From Adineta vaga (taxonomy: Eukaryota; Animalia; Rotifera): a stretch of DNA of 64,000 nucleotides. Both the position numbers and the translations under genes were made by a program. The notes under the pieces were generated by a model. The model was not told the origin of the DNA and ran no database searches. It saw only the letters and a list, made by a program, of their open reading frames with translations. Shown here one piece after another: positions 53,057 to 64,000 of the stretch; position 1 is the stretch's first letter; each line of letters starts with the position of its first letter. The stretch lies in contig CP075495.1 of assembly GCA_021613535.1 (NCBI GenBank), forward strand, positions 558,001-622,000, read 5' to 3'.

Positions 53057-53288
53057 TATAAAAGAAAAAGACAAAACACGCAACAAAGTAAGCGACTTTC
53101 GTCTTTTACCATAATAAATAACTTCTGACATCTATTTCGAATGTCCAGGTAATATAGAGGAACAGTGATTAAACATTTCTTCCCAATGGCGATAATATCT
53201 ATAGAAACGTTCCGAAAAACTTGTGCTTATCATCAATTGGTTCGCCGGGAAAAAACCCAATAATTCACATTTCTTTCAAAGACTTTAG
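53057..53288 (+). promoter_or_regulatory. TATA box, non-coding leader exon and 5'-UTR intron upstream of the GTPase triplet
   Basis: TATAAAA at 53057, donor CAG|GTAATA at 53149, acceptor TTTAG at 53288, ATG at 53295. Confidence 0.5.
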
Positions 53289-53294
53289 ATTTCT

Positions 53295-54404
53295 ATGTCA
53301 TCTCGTCGGTTTCCTAATGCTTTCACATTTAAATGTACCTTTTGTAAACAAACATTTTCAAAACAAGATACTTTTCTTTCTCATTCCATCGCATGTGAAA
53401 ATAGGACAATGAATGCTTCTTCATCTCATCGTCATTCTACTGCTTCAGATACAAACACCACCGATAAACGAAAATTCGATTGTTTATTCGATAAAGCGAG
53501 TCATGTAAAAGATAAATTAAGTGAAGAATATTATCAATCTGAAGTTGATCATGTTATTGATAATTTGCAATTTAATATTATTGTTATGGGTGCACCACGT
53601 GTTGGTAAAAGTCAATTAATTAATGCTTTATGTAATGGTGAAGTTCGTGCAGAAACAAGTGAAAGTCTTAATTCGTGTACACAAAAAATCACATCGTATG
53701 TTTTAGAAAGTCAAACAAAGACAACAGATTCATCTGTTCAATCATATAAAATTACTTTTTATGATACACCAGGAATTGAATCATGGAATGATAATGCAGG
53801 AACAACGACTATGAATGATTTTATTGCAAAAACAGATCCAATTTGTGTCATTTATTGTGCTTCGCCAGGTTCATTTGCTAAATTAGATCAACTTCATTCG
53901 ATTTTAGAATATTGTAAATCAAAAAATATCTTTTGTGCTTTGGTTTGTACAAATATGTGGTCAGGAAATCAACGGCAAGTTGTTATGGAAGAATTTCAAA
54001 AACAATTAGCATTTTTCGGTCAAAAAATTGAGAAATTCTCGAAACAAACCCATTCCTCCAATGAACATAAAGTCATTTTCTTTGGTAATGGTGCTCTTTG
54101 TACTATGGTTAATTCCATCGAATATTCCGATCCGGACTTTTCTTCTGAAATAAAACCTATTCAAGGTGTTGATGAACTTATTCATGGAATTATGGATGTT
54201 CTTGATCATGAAAAATTACTTGGTTGGTGTTATGCAGTTCTCCATCGACGAACTTATTGGGAACAACTAAGTCAAAAAGTCGGTGGATTTTTCTCATTAC
54301 GAATGACAGATATGACAAAGTTAATCAATGTTTCACCGAATGAGACAACATCAAATTTTTTAGCTTATCTCAGAGAACATTTTTTGAAAAAGAAATCTTT
54401 GTAA
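53295..54404 (+). CDS. TRAFAC P-loop GTPase 1 with N-terminal C2HC zinc finger
   Basis: CTFC...F.....F..H...C, G1 GAPRVGKS, G3 DTPG, LVCTN and MVNS. Confidence 0.88.
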   Translation: MSSRRFPNAFTFKCTFCKQTFSKQDTFLSHSIACENRTMNASSSHRHSTASDTNTTDKRKFDCLFDKASHVKDKLSEEYYQSEVDHVIDNLQFNIIVMGAPRVGKSQLINALCNGEVRAETSESLNSCTQKITSYVLESQTKTTDSSVQSYKITFYDTPGIESWNDNAGTTTMNDFIAKTDPICVIYCASPGSFAKLDQLHSILEYCKSKNIFCALVCTNMWSGNQRQVVMEEFQKQLAFFGQKIEKFSKQTHSSNEHKVIFFGNGALCTMVNSIEYSDPDFSSEIKPIQGVDELIHGIMDVLDHEKLLGWCYAVLHRRTYWEQLSQKVGGFFSLRMTDMTKLINVSPNETTSNFLAYLREHFLKKKSL

Positions 54405-54427
54405 CATTTTTTGACTTTTTTTTGTAG

Positions 54428-55231
54428 ATGTCGAAAGAATTTAGTATAGCTGTATGTGGTTCAGCACGTGTTGGTAAAAGCACAATAGTCAATGCTATAT
54501 GTGGACGAGAAGTGGCACGTACAAGTGAAAGTTTATGTTCTCAAACAGATCGAATGGAAAAATATACGATTAATCGGAATGATGAAGCAAATTCTGATCC
54601 ATATAGAATAACAATTTATGATACACCAGGTATTGAATCCTGGAATGAAGATCATGTTCGATCATATTTTTCCAAGATTATGAAAGAAAGTCAACCACTT
54701 TGTATGATCTATTGTGCATCACCGGGTTCATTCGCACGATTGGATCATTTAAAATGGCTAGTCGATACATGTATCGAATCGAATATTTTCTGTGCTTTGG
54801 TTTGTACAAATAAATATTCCGGTGGATCAAATCGACGAAAACAAGTTATGGAAGATTTTCATTCACTTTTAAATCGTTATCATCATATGACACGTGATGA
54901 ACAGAATATTAAATTTTATGGTGATGTAGCTTTGTGTACATCGGTAAATAGTATTCTCTATGAAGATCGAGATTTGGATATTCGAAAAGATGTCGAAGGG
55001 ATTAATGAACTTATCTTTGGTATTTTAACTTCATTGAAAGAAGAGAAAGTTGCAGCTTGGTGTTATACAGTTGTTGATAATCCATCATTTTGGATAACAA
55101 TGCGAACACAATTGATGGAATTTTTTGAAATTGCAAAACCAGTGGCAAAAGAATTCTATGATGAATATGGAAAAGAAATTGCTAAAGCTTTACTTCCACT
55201 TATAATTGCTATGATTAAAAGCCGAATATAA
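54428..55231 (+). CDS. TRAFAC P-loop GTPase 2
   Basis: GSARVGKS, DTPGIESW, IYCASPGSFA and FCALVCTN; clear paralog of GTPase 1. Confidence 0.9.
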   Translation: MSKEFSIAVCGSARVGKSTIVNAICGREVARTSESLCSQTDRMEKYTINRNDEANSDPYRITIYDTPGIESWNEDHVRSYFSKIMKESQPLCMIYCASPGSFARLDHLKWLVDTCIESNIFCALVCTNKYSGGSNRRKQVMEDFHSLLNRYHHMTRDEQNIKFYGDVALCTSVNSILYEDRDLDIRKDVEGINELIFGILTSLKEEKVAAWCYTVVDNPSFWITMRTQLMEFFEIAKPVAKEFYDEYGKEIAKALLPLIIAMIKSRI

Positions 55232-55274
55232 ATAAATAAATAAACTATTCTTCAATTCCACTTTTTTTTTGTAG

Positions 55275-56494
55275 ATGGTTGAGAATTTAAGACAGACAAA
55301 TATTCTTCTTTGCGGTTCTGCACGCGTCGGAAAAAGTACGTTAATCAATGCGATTTGTCAACGAAAACTAACGAAAACAAGTGAAAGTTTAAATTCCGTA
55401 ACGAAAACTGTTGATCGATATTCCTATGAATGTGGTGATGGTAAAACAACACATGAAACGATCATTTGGGATTCACCAGGAATCGAATCATGGAATGAAA
55501 ATGATGTTCGATCTTATATGTCATCGCTTATTGAACAAACACAACCATTATGTATGATCTATTGTGCATCGCCAGGTTCATTCGCAGTATTAGAACATGT
55601 CGCTTGGTTAGTATCGGAATGTTACAAGAAGAATATTTTCTGTGCTTTGGTTTGTACGAATATGTGGGCAGGAAGACATCGACAAGAAATTGTCAAAGAA
55701 TTTTGTCGATTGTTGAATAACGTTCATCCAACTGCAAATAGAATTGAAGAAGATGGAATTGTTTATTATGGTAATGTTGCTTTGGTAACAATGGTGAATA
55801 GCCAAGAATATGTAGATTTGGATTTTGATGTAAGAAAACCACCATCGGGAGTGGAAGAATTGATTTTTGGAATTGGAAAATGTTTGAAACGTGATTTAAT
55901 GTTTGCATGGTTTCGAAGTGTTTCTCAGAATACATCGTTTTGGACGAAGATGTCATCGAAATTGAGTAGTTTACTTCACATTCCAACTGATACTTTCAAT
56001 TCGTTGTATGAAGGTGCTTCGACTTTTATGGATTTTCTATTCGATATTGATAGTTATCAATCTGAATATGGACTGCCAATAATTTCCGATAGTTCAGAAG
56101 AAAATTCATATCATGATATGGAAATTATTGAAATGCCGAAAGAAATTCAGCAGAAAACATTAATATTTACATTTAAACATGAAAGTAAACGATTTTCTTT
56201 GTGGAAAATAATGTTTTATTTAAATAGATTTGTTTAGATTTAGAAGCAATGCAAGATCTTAGACATATTCTAGCAACTCTTGGTGCAAGTAGTTCTAAAA
56301 CTGAGAAAATACAAAAAGAATTTGAAGAAATATTTACAATAACTACTGAGTAAGTTAAATTTTGATTTGAAAATCATCATCTTGTTTGTTTTTCTCTATA
56401 TTTTAGATTTGATAATGTTGAACGTCTCAAAGCAATATTCAATCTATGTCAACTGACTTTTACTAATCAAATAACATGTTCCATTGAAAATTAA
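55275..56494 (+). CDS. TRAFAC P-loop GTPase 3 with spliced C-terminal extension
   Basis: GSARVGKS and DSPGIESW. Introns 56185-56237 and 56350-56406 extend the frame to TAA at 56492-56494. Confidence 0.85.
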
Positions 56495-56579
56495 GATATG
56501 AGTTTAGTTCAAATAAAACAGTAATTTTATATTTGATTATACAGATGTTATATATTTATTTAACATTGATAACATATTT

Positions 56580-56860
56580 TCGTTTCCACGTGAATATAAA
56601 TATAAAATGAAATACTATGTGTAGTAAATGCGAATACAATATAAATACTTGAAAGATTATTTTCTTGGGCTATGATCGAAGAAGATCTTTAGAAATTGTT
56701 CGTGTATAAAAGTAATCCATTTGATTAATAGCATTTGGAATTGTTGTTAAAAGAACCATAAAGATTCGTTCGGATTGTCGTTGTCGTTGAAGATTTGTCC
56801 ATGTTAATATGGAAAATATTGTTAGAATTAAACTATAAACTAAAAGACTCATATGTGCAT
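56580..56860 (-). pseudogene. GPCR C-terminal fragment
   Basis: TM5/TM6-like LVYSLILTIFSILTWTNL...MVLLTTIPNA, with no N-terminal part. Boundaries are approximate. Confidence 0.4.
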
Positions 56861-57560
56861 CATAAACAAATTAGAACTCAGCAGGTATATTTTTAATCTT
56901 ATCAATGACAAGAACGTGTGACGCGTGTTTTATGTCATACAGTCCTTTCTAATGAATTTTGTTTTACTTGAGAATATTATTCATTATTTGCTAGTCTTCA
57001 CTGGTTCGATTCCATAAATGTGAAATTAGTTGCGTAGCTATAACAATTTATTCATATATTCAGAAAGTATCACATAGAGAGCACAGCAAGAGATGTTAAC
57101 AGTTCATAGAAGTAAATAAAAAGAAAATATTTAAACAAAAAACAAGAGTAAGAGGAAAGAGAAAAGATTCCGGAAAACTCTTGACGAGTTGAATTTTATA
57201 GTTTAGAACAAAAGAGTGACGAGAAATCGAAATTAACAACTCTTTCTTAATAACTAATACAAAAACCTATGTCATTCCAACTTTATTTCATTATATTAAA
57301 CTTGACACTCTTGAATAATACTTTCTCATCAATTAAATCTTCTAATTAAAATCTTTTATCTAATCATTTAATAATATCTTTAAAACGAAATAAACGATTA
57401 TTAGTTAATATATCACGTTTCTCTTTTAAAAAAGAATATGCGTTGCTAACCTACACCATCCGTAATTTGATACTTATAAATTCATTACAAATAAGAAAAG
57501 AAAAAAAAGTAATTATTTCTAATGTTTTATTTTATTTAAACAAAAACTTTTCTATCTGAA

Positions 57561-58472
57561 ATGAATGCAACTAATATTGATATCTCCGAACCATCACTTT
57601 CTCGTTCAATCAAATTCTATCTCTTTCTTTCCTTAGAAATTCCTTCTGTATTTCTTTCGATTTATATTCTCTATAAAATGTTTTCTAATCGAAAATTTTC
57701 TCAACGAATAAATAATCATTCAATCATTGGACTTATTCTTCTTTCTTTTATTGAAACAACAACTGAATTACCAATTGCACTCGATTATCTTCGTCTTGGT
57801 TATATTCAAATTCAAACCAATCGATTTTGTTTATTTTGGATTTGGTATAATTTTTCACTTCAAACAACCAATCTTTCTCTGATGTTATGGACATCAATCG
57901 AACGACATATATTTATATTTCATTCGAATGTATTTCGAACTCAACGAGGTAAATGGAAATATCATTATATTCCATTAATAATTTCTATTATTTATATTCC
58001 TATATTTTATTTTCTTTGTATTTTTGTTTATCAATGTGAAAATGATTTTAATTATTTTATATTACTTTGTGGAACCGTTTGTTATAATAATATTCGATGG
58101 TTATCAACATTTGATTGGTTAACAAATATGTTAATACCATCGATATTAATTCCTTTGTTAACTTTTATTTTATTAATTCGATTTTTAATTCAAAAGAAAA
58201 AAATGAAACAAACATTCAAATGGCATTTAACAAGAAAATTAATTATACAATTTATGATTATTTCAATACTTTATTTAACATTTTGGACACCGTTGGGTTT
58301 AATTTCATTAATTCGAATTTATTTTTTACCAACATTTCTTGATCAATTGACTTTTTATTATTTATATTATACACCATATCTTGTTCAACTTCTTATGCCA
58401 TTTGTATGTTTTGTTTGTTTACCAGAAATTTGGCCAAAAAAGAACAATAAAATTTATCCTATTGAAAACTGA
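57561..58472 (+). CDS. Class A GPCR, intronless
   Basis: FCLFWIW, WTSIERHIFIFH, HYIP, FWTP and LLMPFVC. Confidence 0.88.
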   Translation: MNATNIDISEPSLSRSIKFYLFLSLEIPSVFLSIYILYKMFSNRKFSQRINNHSIIGLILLSFIETTTELPIALDYLRLGYIQIQTNRFCLFWIWYNFSLQTTNLSLMLWTSIERHIFIFHSNVFRTQRGKWKYHYIPLIISIIYIPIFYFLCIFVYQCENDFNYFILLCGTVCYNNIRWLSTFDWLTNMLIPSILIPLLTFILLIRFLIQKKKMKQTFKWHLTRKLIIQFMIISILYLTFWTPLGLISLIRIYFLPTFLDQLTFYYLYYTPYLVQLLMPFVCFVCLPEIWPKKNNKIYPIEN

Positions 58473-58833
58473 GGATAGCAGCAATATTATTCATTCGATT
58501 TCTTATTGCTGATCAACAATAAATGACATTGCAGTGATAATGAAAGGCTTTTATTTAAATTTTGTTATATAATACATATTTCTTTTCTAAGTATATAGAT
58601 TTTTAAAGAAACTCGAGCAGATAGATAATGGAAAAACGAACATTTTTACAGTTTAGAAGAAAAATGTGACTCACTTACTATAAGACACGCAGAATGTATA
58701 ATGTTATTTGCCAACTGGGAAAAGAAGCATAGAGAAAAGGATTTTTTCCCACTCTGAACAATAGATATTCTGATATAAAAAATCAGATTTAAAAGAATAA
58801 AGAATTGCGTTTTACCTGAAATATACACAGTAA

Positions 58834-60811
58834 ATGAATAACTCAAGTTCAGCTTTATCAACAACAGAAGAACCGACTAAATGTAAGAAGGACATCGCCA
58901 AAGATACAATTGATTCAATGCGTATTAGAAAGAGTACATCACGAACTTCAGTAGCAACTATTGATTGGGAGATCGAAACATCAAGTTCTGCTATTGATTT
59001 GGATATTGAAAATCTTGATAAACAATTTCAACAATTATCTCTGGAGTATAGAAATAATAGGAAAGCGCTACGAAATGATCCAAATAATAAAGAAATACGC
59101 AAGGCAATTGATACAACATTAGAAAATCTATCACAGATCCAAATGTGGACATCTTTGATGAAAACAGAAGAAGGTTTTGCCATTGTAAAAGAAGCCATGT
59201 TAAAACAACGGCAATATGAAATTGATGAAGCACTTAAATTAACAAAAGTTCAATCAGCTGTGGATATTTGTTTCTTAATGGATTGTACAGGTAGTATGAC
59301 AAGATATATCGATATAACTAGGACACAAATCTGTCAACTGACTAATACAATTGGTAAACTATATTCAACAACACCTCGACTATCATTTGTTGGATATAGT
59401 GATATTGATGAAATGATTGAAAAACTCGATTTCACTGATGATGTCAATACATTTAAAGCATTCCTAGATAAAGTACGAGCAACTGGTGGCGATGACGCAT
59501 GTGAAGATGTCTTCAGTAAGAATACAGATTTTTTTATAGATATTTTTCATATTATTCTCAATTCTATTTCAATTAGGTGGATTAGAAATCATTCCAACAC
59601 TTTCATGGGCGTGAGTATCATGAATACGAAGATTTATCGAACGACAAATATCCCAAAGGTGATCCAAAAACTCGTGAACTTTCAAAATTATTATTGGATA
59701 TTAAACGATTAAAAGTCACATATTGTACAATTCAATTGAATTTACTTTTGTGTGTGGAACAATACCAGAACTTCATGTAGAAAATCCAGCAGCTATGATA
59801 AATCGAGTTTGCCAGGAGACAAGCGCTATCATCATGAGTAGTATCGAATCAACGATGTCTTCTTTCCGTACGACAAATAAACAGATAAAACCGTATACAA
59901 TCGTGTGTAAAGAACCTGATTGGAACACAATAAAAACAGTTGACGTGCATACTATTGAAGTTATTCCACCTTTGACAATGGATCATCTATTTCGTCCTCT
60001 CTTTACCGGAACGGGTAGTGGTAGAATGAAAATTGCACCTCATCCTTTTGCACAAGGTTCGCTACGTTTTGCTTTCTATGGTCAATTTGGCAGTGATGAC
60101 TATGAGATGATGAATGTTGTCTTCAAAGAGTTTAGTAGTGCTACACCCAATGCTAATCGATTACAAGTGTACCAAGAACATCTTGAGATACAAGCTATTG
60201 CAAAATTTTTGGCTGAACGATTCAATGATGAAATAACGCGCATCTTTCGAAATCCAAGAACAGTTGTATATGCTGATGCTGATCTTGTTCAACTAAAAAC
60301 TGATGAATCGAAAATTTATCAAGTAGAAGCACGTATGCATCAAGATTGGCATAAATGGAACAATAATAGCGGGGGAGTAGCTGCTACGAATTATTCTACA
60401 ATCTTACAAGCATTTTCACACTGGAATCATCATATCACTGCCGGCCGTCTAATGATCGTAGATTTACAAGGTGTAAAGGCTGAGAATGCCTATTTACTCA
60501 CGGATCCAGCCATACATTGTGATAATTTATTACGATTTAAAGACACACGAATAAATTTGGGAGTAAAAGGAATGCGTGAATTTTTTCGCACACATATATG
60601 TAGTGAAATATGTACTTTACTGGAACTGCCGCGATCACAAACGCAATCATTGCCACCTCGAAGTATTCCTGTTGACTTATCCGAAGGATTTTTCATGTTA
60701 GAATCAATCGATGAATTACAAGAGAACGCAACTGAATGCAAAACACACGTAGAAAATTTAAATGATGTTTCTGATACAAAGACATTTCATTGGTCTAAAA
60801 CAGACGAATAA
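58834..60811 (+). pseudogene. vWA + alpha-kinase (eEF2K/VwkA-like) gene with two frameshifting deletions
   Basis: DICFLMDCTGSM MIDAS motif and GGDDACED, then PFAQGSLR, KWNNNSG, QAFSHW, DLQG, LTDPAIH, NLG..G and HIC..IC. Intron 59516-59576. Frame breaks at ~59606 and ~59738. Confidence 0.8.
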
Positions 60812-60869
60812 TTAAATCGACTTTATTTTTTCAGAAAAAGATAAATGATATTAAAGCATAATGTTTTTT

Positions 60870-62807
60870 TCATGGATTTGATAGAGATGGTGTGTCTTTA
60901 TAAAGAAATCTTTGAATAATAGGAGGTTTAGGTTTTTCATATCGTCGTTTTTTTCGTCGAATTCGTTCTAATTCACCACGTACTGGATCAATACCAAAGC
61001 AATATTTCATAATATCCATTGTAATAATAAAAATAATGATACTTGATATTCCTACAATCGCAATAGAAGCAAAAGATTTTGAAACTACTTGATGAGTAAT
61101 TAACGCTGTTGATTTAATTTCACAATGACGACCAGAATAACTTTCTCCCAGACATTCACATTGATAATCACCTAATAACGATCGACATACACCTTCATTT
61201 TCACATGTGACATTTTCATCACAATAATTGATCATTGTTTCACAATACAAGCCTGTCCAATTCATTGCACATGTACAATTAAATGTTGTATTATTCAATA
61301 CATTACATATACCATTATTCCAACATCTATTTGGTGGACATGGTCGATGATCGTATTGGCATTGTGTTCCATTAAAACCAGGTGAACAATGACAAATATA
61401 AGTTGTATTTGTATTTTCACAAGTTGAATTATTTTGACAAAGATTTGGAACATCACAAGGTGTTGAAGAAATATTACAATGAATACCAATCATTGTATAA
61501 TTTGAACAAATCGGTGCAATAAATGAAAGTGAAGAGGGTGTTGTTACTATAAAGAGAAGAAGAGACAAATATTAGTTTGATTTTTCAAGTAAAACTCAAT
61601 GTTACCTTCATCACTAGTGGTTGGAGCAATCGAAGTCAATTTCGTTGCTGTTGAAATGATAATATTTGATGTAGAAGTTGTTTGTGGTAGTTGTGTTGTT
61701 GTCAATTCATCTATATAGTGATTGCTTAGTAGATCTTGCTAATCAAATTTTTCATTGGAAACTTTAACAAATAGATACCTACCACAAGAATTTGTTGTAA
61801 GAATGAATTTTAAAACACGATCCTGAATCTGTCGATCAGCTATATAAATATTTCCATGGCTATCAAAACTAAGCGTCTCTGGAGCCTGTGGCATCGTGTT
61901 CCCAAAGCTGCTTGTAACGCTAGAATATCTGCCTACGACACTAAATCTATCAAATTTAAATTGAACAACCCGATATCCATTCGTATCCACAATGTAAAGA
62001 TGCTCATCAGCATCAAGTATTATTCCAGTTGGACAATCTAGTGTAACACCTGATGATAGTCCCTGTTCAGCTATTATTGTGCCATTCGGTGATCCCACCT
62101 CAAAAAATTGTATTCTATCATTACCACATTCAGACACATACAATCGAAAAGTAATGGTAACAAAAATCCCACACGGACCATAAAGCATGTTGGATGATGA
62201 TCCAAATGAACCAGTGCCGGCAACTGTGGCAACTGTACTTGTCATATTATTTAACGATTTTGCCAACACCCGGTGCTTATCCGTTATAGAACAATATAAA
62301 GTATTGTTGATATCGATGAAAAGTCCGGCACAGCGTCCAGTATTATTCATGACAATCGTAGTACTACTTGGACTTATCGTTTTCTTTTCTATTCGAAAAG
62401 GATTGTTTAGATCAACAAAGATATCATTCATATCGTTGATGAAAAGAGCGTATGGTTCATCAGAATAAGTAATAAGTGATGTTTTTAAATTATATGAATT
62501 TGTAGTCAACCACACATCTATTCGCTCATCCTTTTGTTCACTTACATAGATAGTATTATTAGTACTGATGAATAGACTATTAACACGATGATTACCGCCA
62601 TTATACTTAATAATATCTATAGGAGATGGATTCCATGTAGCATTTGGACAAAGTTTCGGTTGATTGTATGAAATCGCTAAATAGGAAGAAAACAAATATG
62701 AATTATTTCTCGTAAATGATTTTCATACAGAGAGAATGTGTTGTAATTCCATTGAAAGTAAATACTATAACGATCAATAACATATTTGATACATTATCAT
62801 TTGACAT
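60870..62807 (-). CDS. NHL-repeat + EGF-repeat single-pass membrane protein, 4 exons
   Basis: Signal exon, SYNQPKLCPNATW, NHL repeats (TVAGTG..GS...L.GP.GI), Thr-rich linker, three EGF repeats and a TM segment. Confidence 0.85.
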
Positions 62808-63111
62808 GACGATCGAGTAACTCTCCTTTTTATGTCAAATAAATTTTTGTAGAAAGTAATTCTTTTTTTTATGATTTACATTTTTTATAGAAAATTAAAT
62901 AGAAACAATGTTCCTTTCTCTGTTTCAGCTTTTTATTTATTTGTCTACTTCTAGTTCTTGAAAAGTCAGATATTTAAATAAACAAATAAAACTTTGTTCC
63001 ATAAAAAAAAGTCATAATCATGATTTAAGATTGAATAAACATAACGTTCTCATTTTTATTTTATTTAAAAAAATAATAATTAAAAATTTGTTATTGAAGA
63101 TTACAAAAGTT

Positions 63112-64000
63112 TTAAACTTGAAAAAGACATCCACGATAAACACGATCTTCAACATAATCTTCGACATAATTTCCTGATGGTAACGGATCATTATTCTTTT
63201 GTTTTAAAAGTTCTAAATTTGGATCTTGATTAACTACAATAATCCATGAAAGAATTTGCCTTTTACTTTTTACACAAAATTCATCAGCACCGAATGGATG
63301 TTCATAATAGATCGTATCATATCCTTCAACAGTCTTCCATAGAGTTGGATCAGTAATACGTTTTGTCTTTCCTAAGTCAACTCGAGCACATATATACGCA
63401 CCGAATTGATTTGCTTTGAATTCTGTATGATTAAGTGACGTAGCGAAATAAACTCCTGGTCCAATCCAACCTTTCGGTGATGGTTCGAAATTGTTTTTAG
63501 CGATCATCGATGCAAATTTATGACTTGTTTGATGAAAACCAATTACTATTTGACCATCTTGAGTTTTTTCCGGTGAATATTTTGTATTACCAGAATGATA
63601 CATAATTACATGATAAAGATCTCGTGATGAACAATTCTCTCCATGACTACATCGTGAACTTTGCCAATAACTTGTTTGTTGATCATTTGTTATTGAAAGT
63701 GGTAAAAAACGTAAATGATGATCATCATATTTTACTTTTTCTTTAGCTGGTCGATCAGGTCGATAATAAAACCATAGACGATAATAATGTAAATATTCTA
63801 CTAACAACAATATCAATGCAGGAACTAATGTAAATCCAGCAAGTATTGAATAACCTAATCCAATTGGACTATATCGATTAGCACAAACACAAGAGAGAAT
63901 AAATGCAATAAAGCGCATAATTTCAAATAGAATTAAGATTAATAAACGTGTTAATAGAACAAGATGAGGATGTTGAAGATAACATTCACAACGAATACAT
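63112..64000 (-). CDS. Membrane-anchored PARP-like (Gig2-type) ART, 5'-partial
   Basis: TM helices, CSHGENC...H...YH, FHQT, GPGVYFA, ARVDLG and EFCV, giving an H-Y-E triad. Confidence 0.78.
   Translation of the reverse strand, partial: CIRCECYLQHPHLVLLTRLLILILFEIMRFIAFILSCVCANRYSPIGLGYSILAGFTLVPALILLLVEYLHYYRLWFYYRPDRPAKEKVKYDDHHLRFLPLSITNDQQTSYWQSSRCSHGENCSSRDLYHVIMYHSGNTKYSPEKTQDGQIVIGFHQTSHKFASMIAKNNFEPSPKGWIGPGVYFATSLNHTEFKANQFGAYICARVDLGKTKRITDPTLWKTVEGYDTIYYEHPFGADEFCVKSKRQILSWIIVVNQDPNLELLKQKNNDPLPSGNYVEDYVEDRVYRGCLFQV

Noticed and set aside
54401-54427. GT...AG mini-intron fusing GTPase 1 and 2
   Set aside because: Only 27 nt, versus ~50-60 nt for other introns here, and it would shift the frame.
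57087-57244. 12-bp imperfect inverted repeat around a purine-rich tract
   Set aside because: Too short and AT-rich to separate from chance; no TSD.
1-64000. Prokaryotic origin or contamination suggested by operon-like spacing and bacterial-type domains
   Set aside because: Spliceosomal introns, GPCRs, ENaC and EGF genes are interspersed throughout. No rRNA, tRNA or CRISPR was recognised.

Overview
AT-rich eukaryotic genomic DNA with short (~50-60 nt) GT-AG introns. The gene content (FG-GAP, NHL+EGF, ENaC, F-box/LRR-like, ADP-ribosyltransferases, divergent GPCRs, NmrA- and DUF3445-like genes of probable foreign origin) is typical of a bdelloid rotifer; this is an inference and the species cannot be determined. 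The window is a fast-evolving accessory region with many defence-type genes: four ART/PARP-like genes, three tandem GTPases, a vWA-alpha-kinase, F-box genes and Ly6/uPAR-like proteins. Main unexplained structures: (1) operon-like arrays in which a downstream start codon sits right behind a polypyrimidine-AG splice acceptor only 23-77 nt after the upstream stop (GTPase triplet, methyltransferase pair, ART/partner cassette); (2) a twice-present ART + receiver-like domain + small partner cassette whose copies have decayed in complementary ways; (3) a 318-bp spacer-less palindrome; (4) local duplications and pseudogenes with microhomology deletions and short tandem duplications that look like DNA-repair scars. 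All exon coordinates were read by eye.
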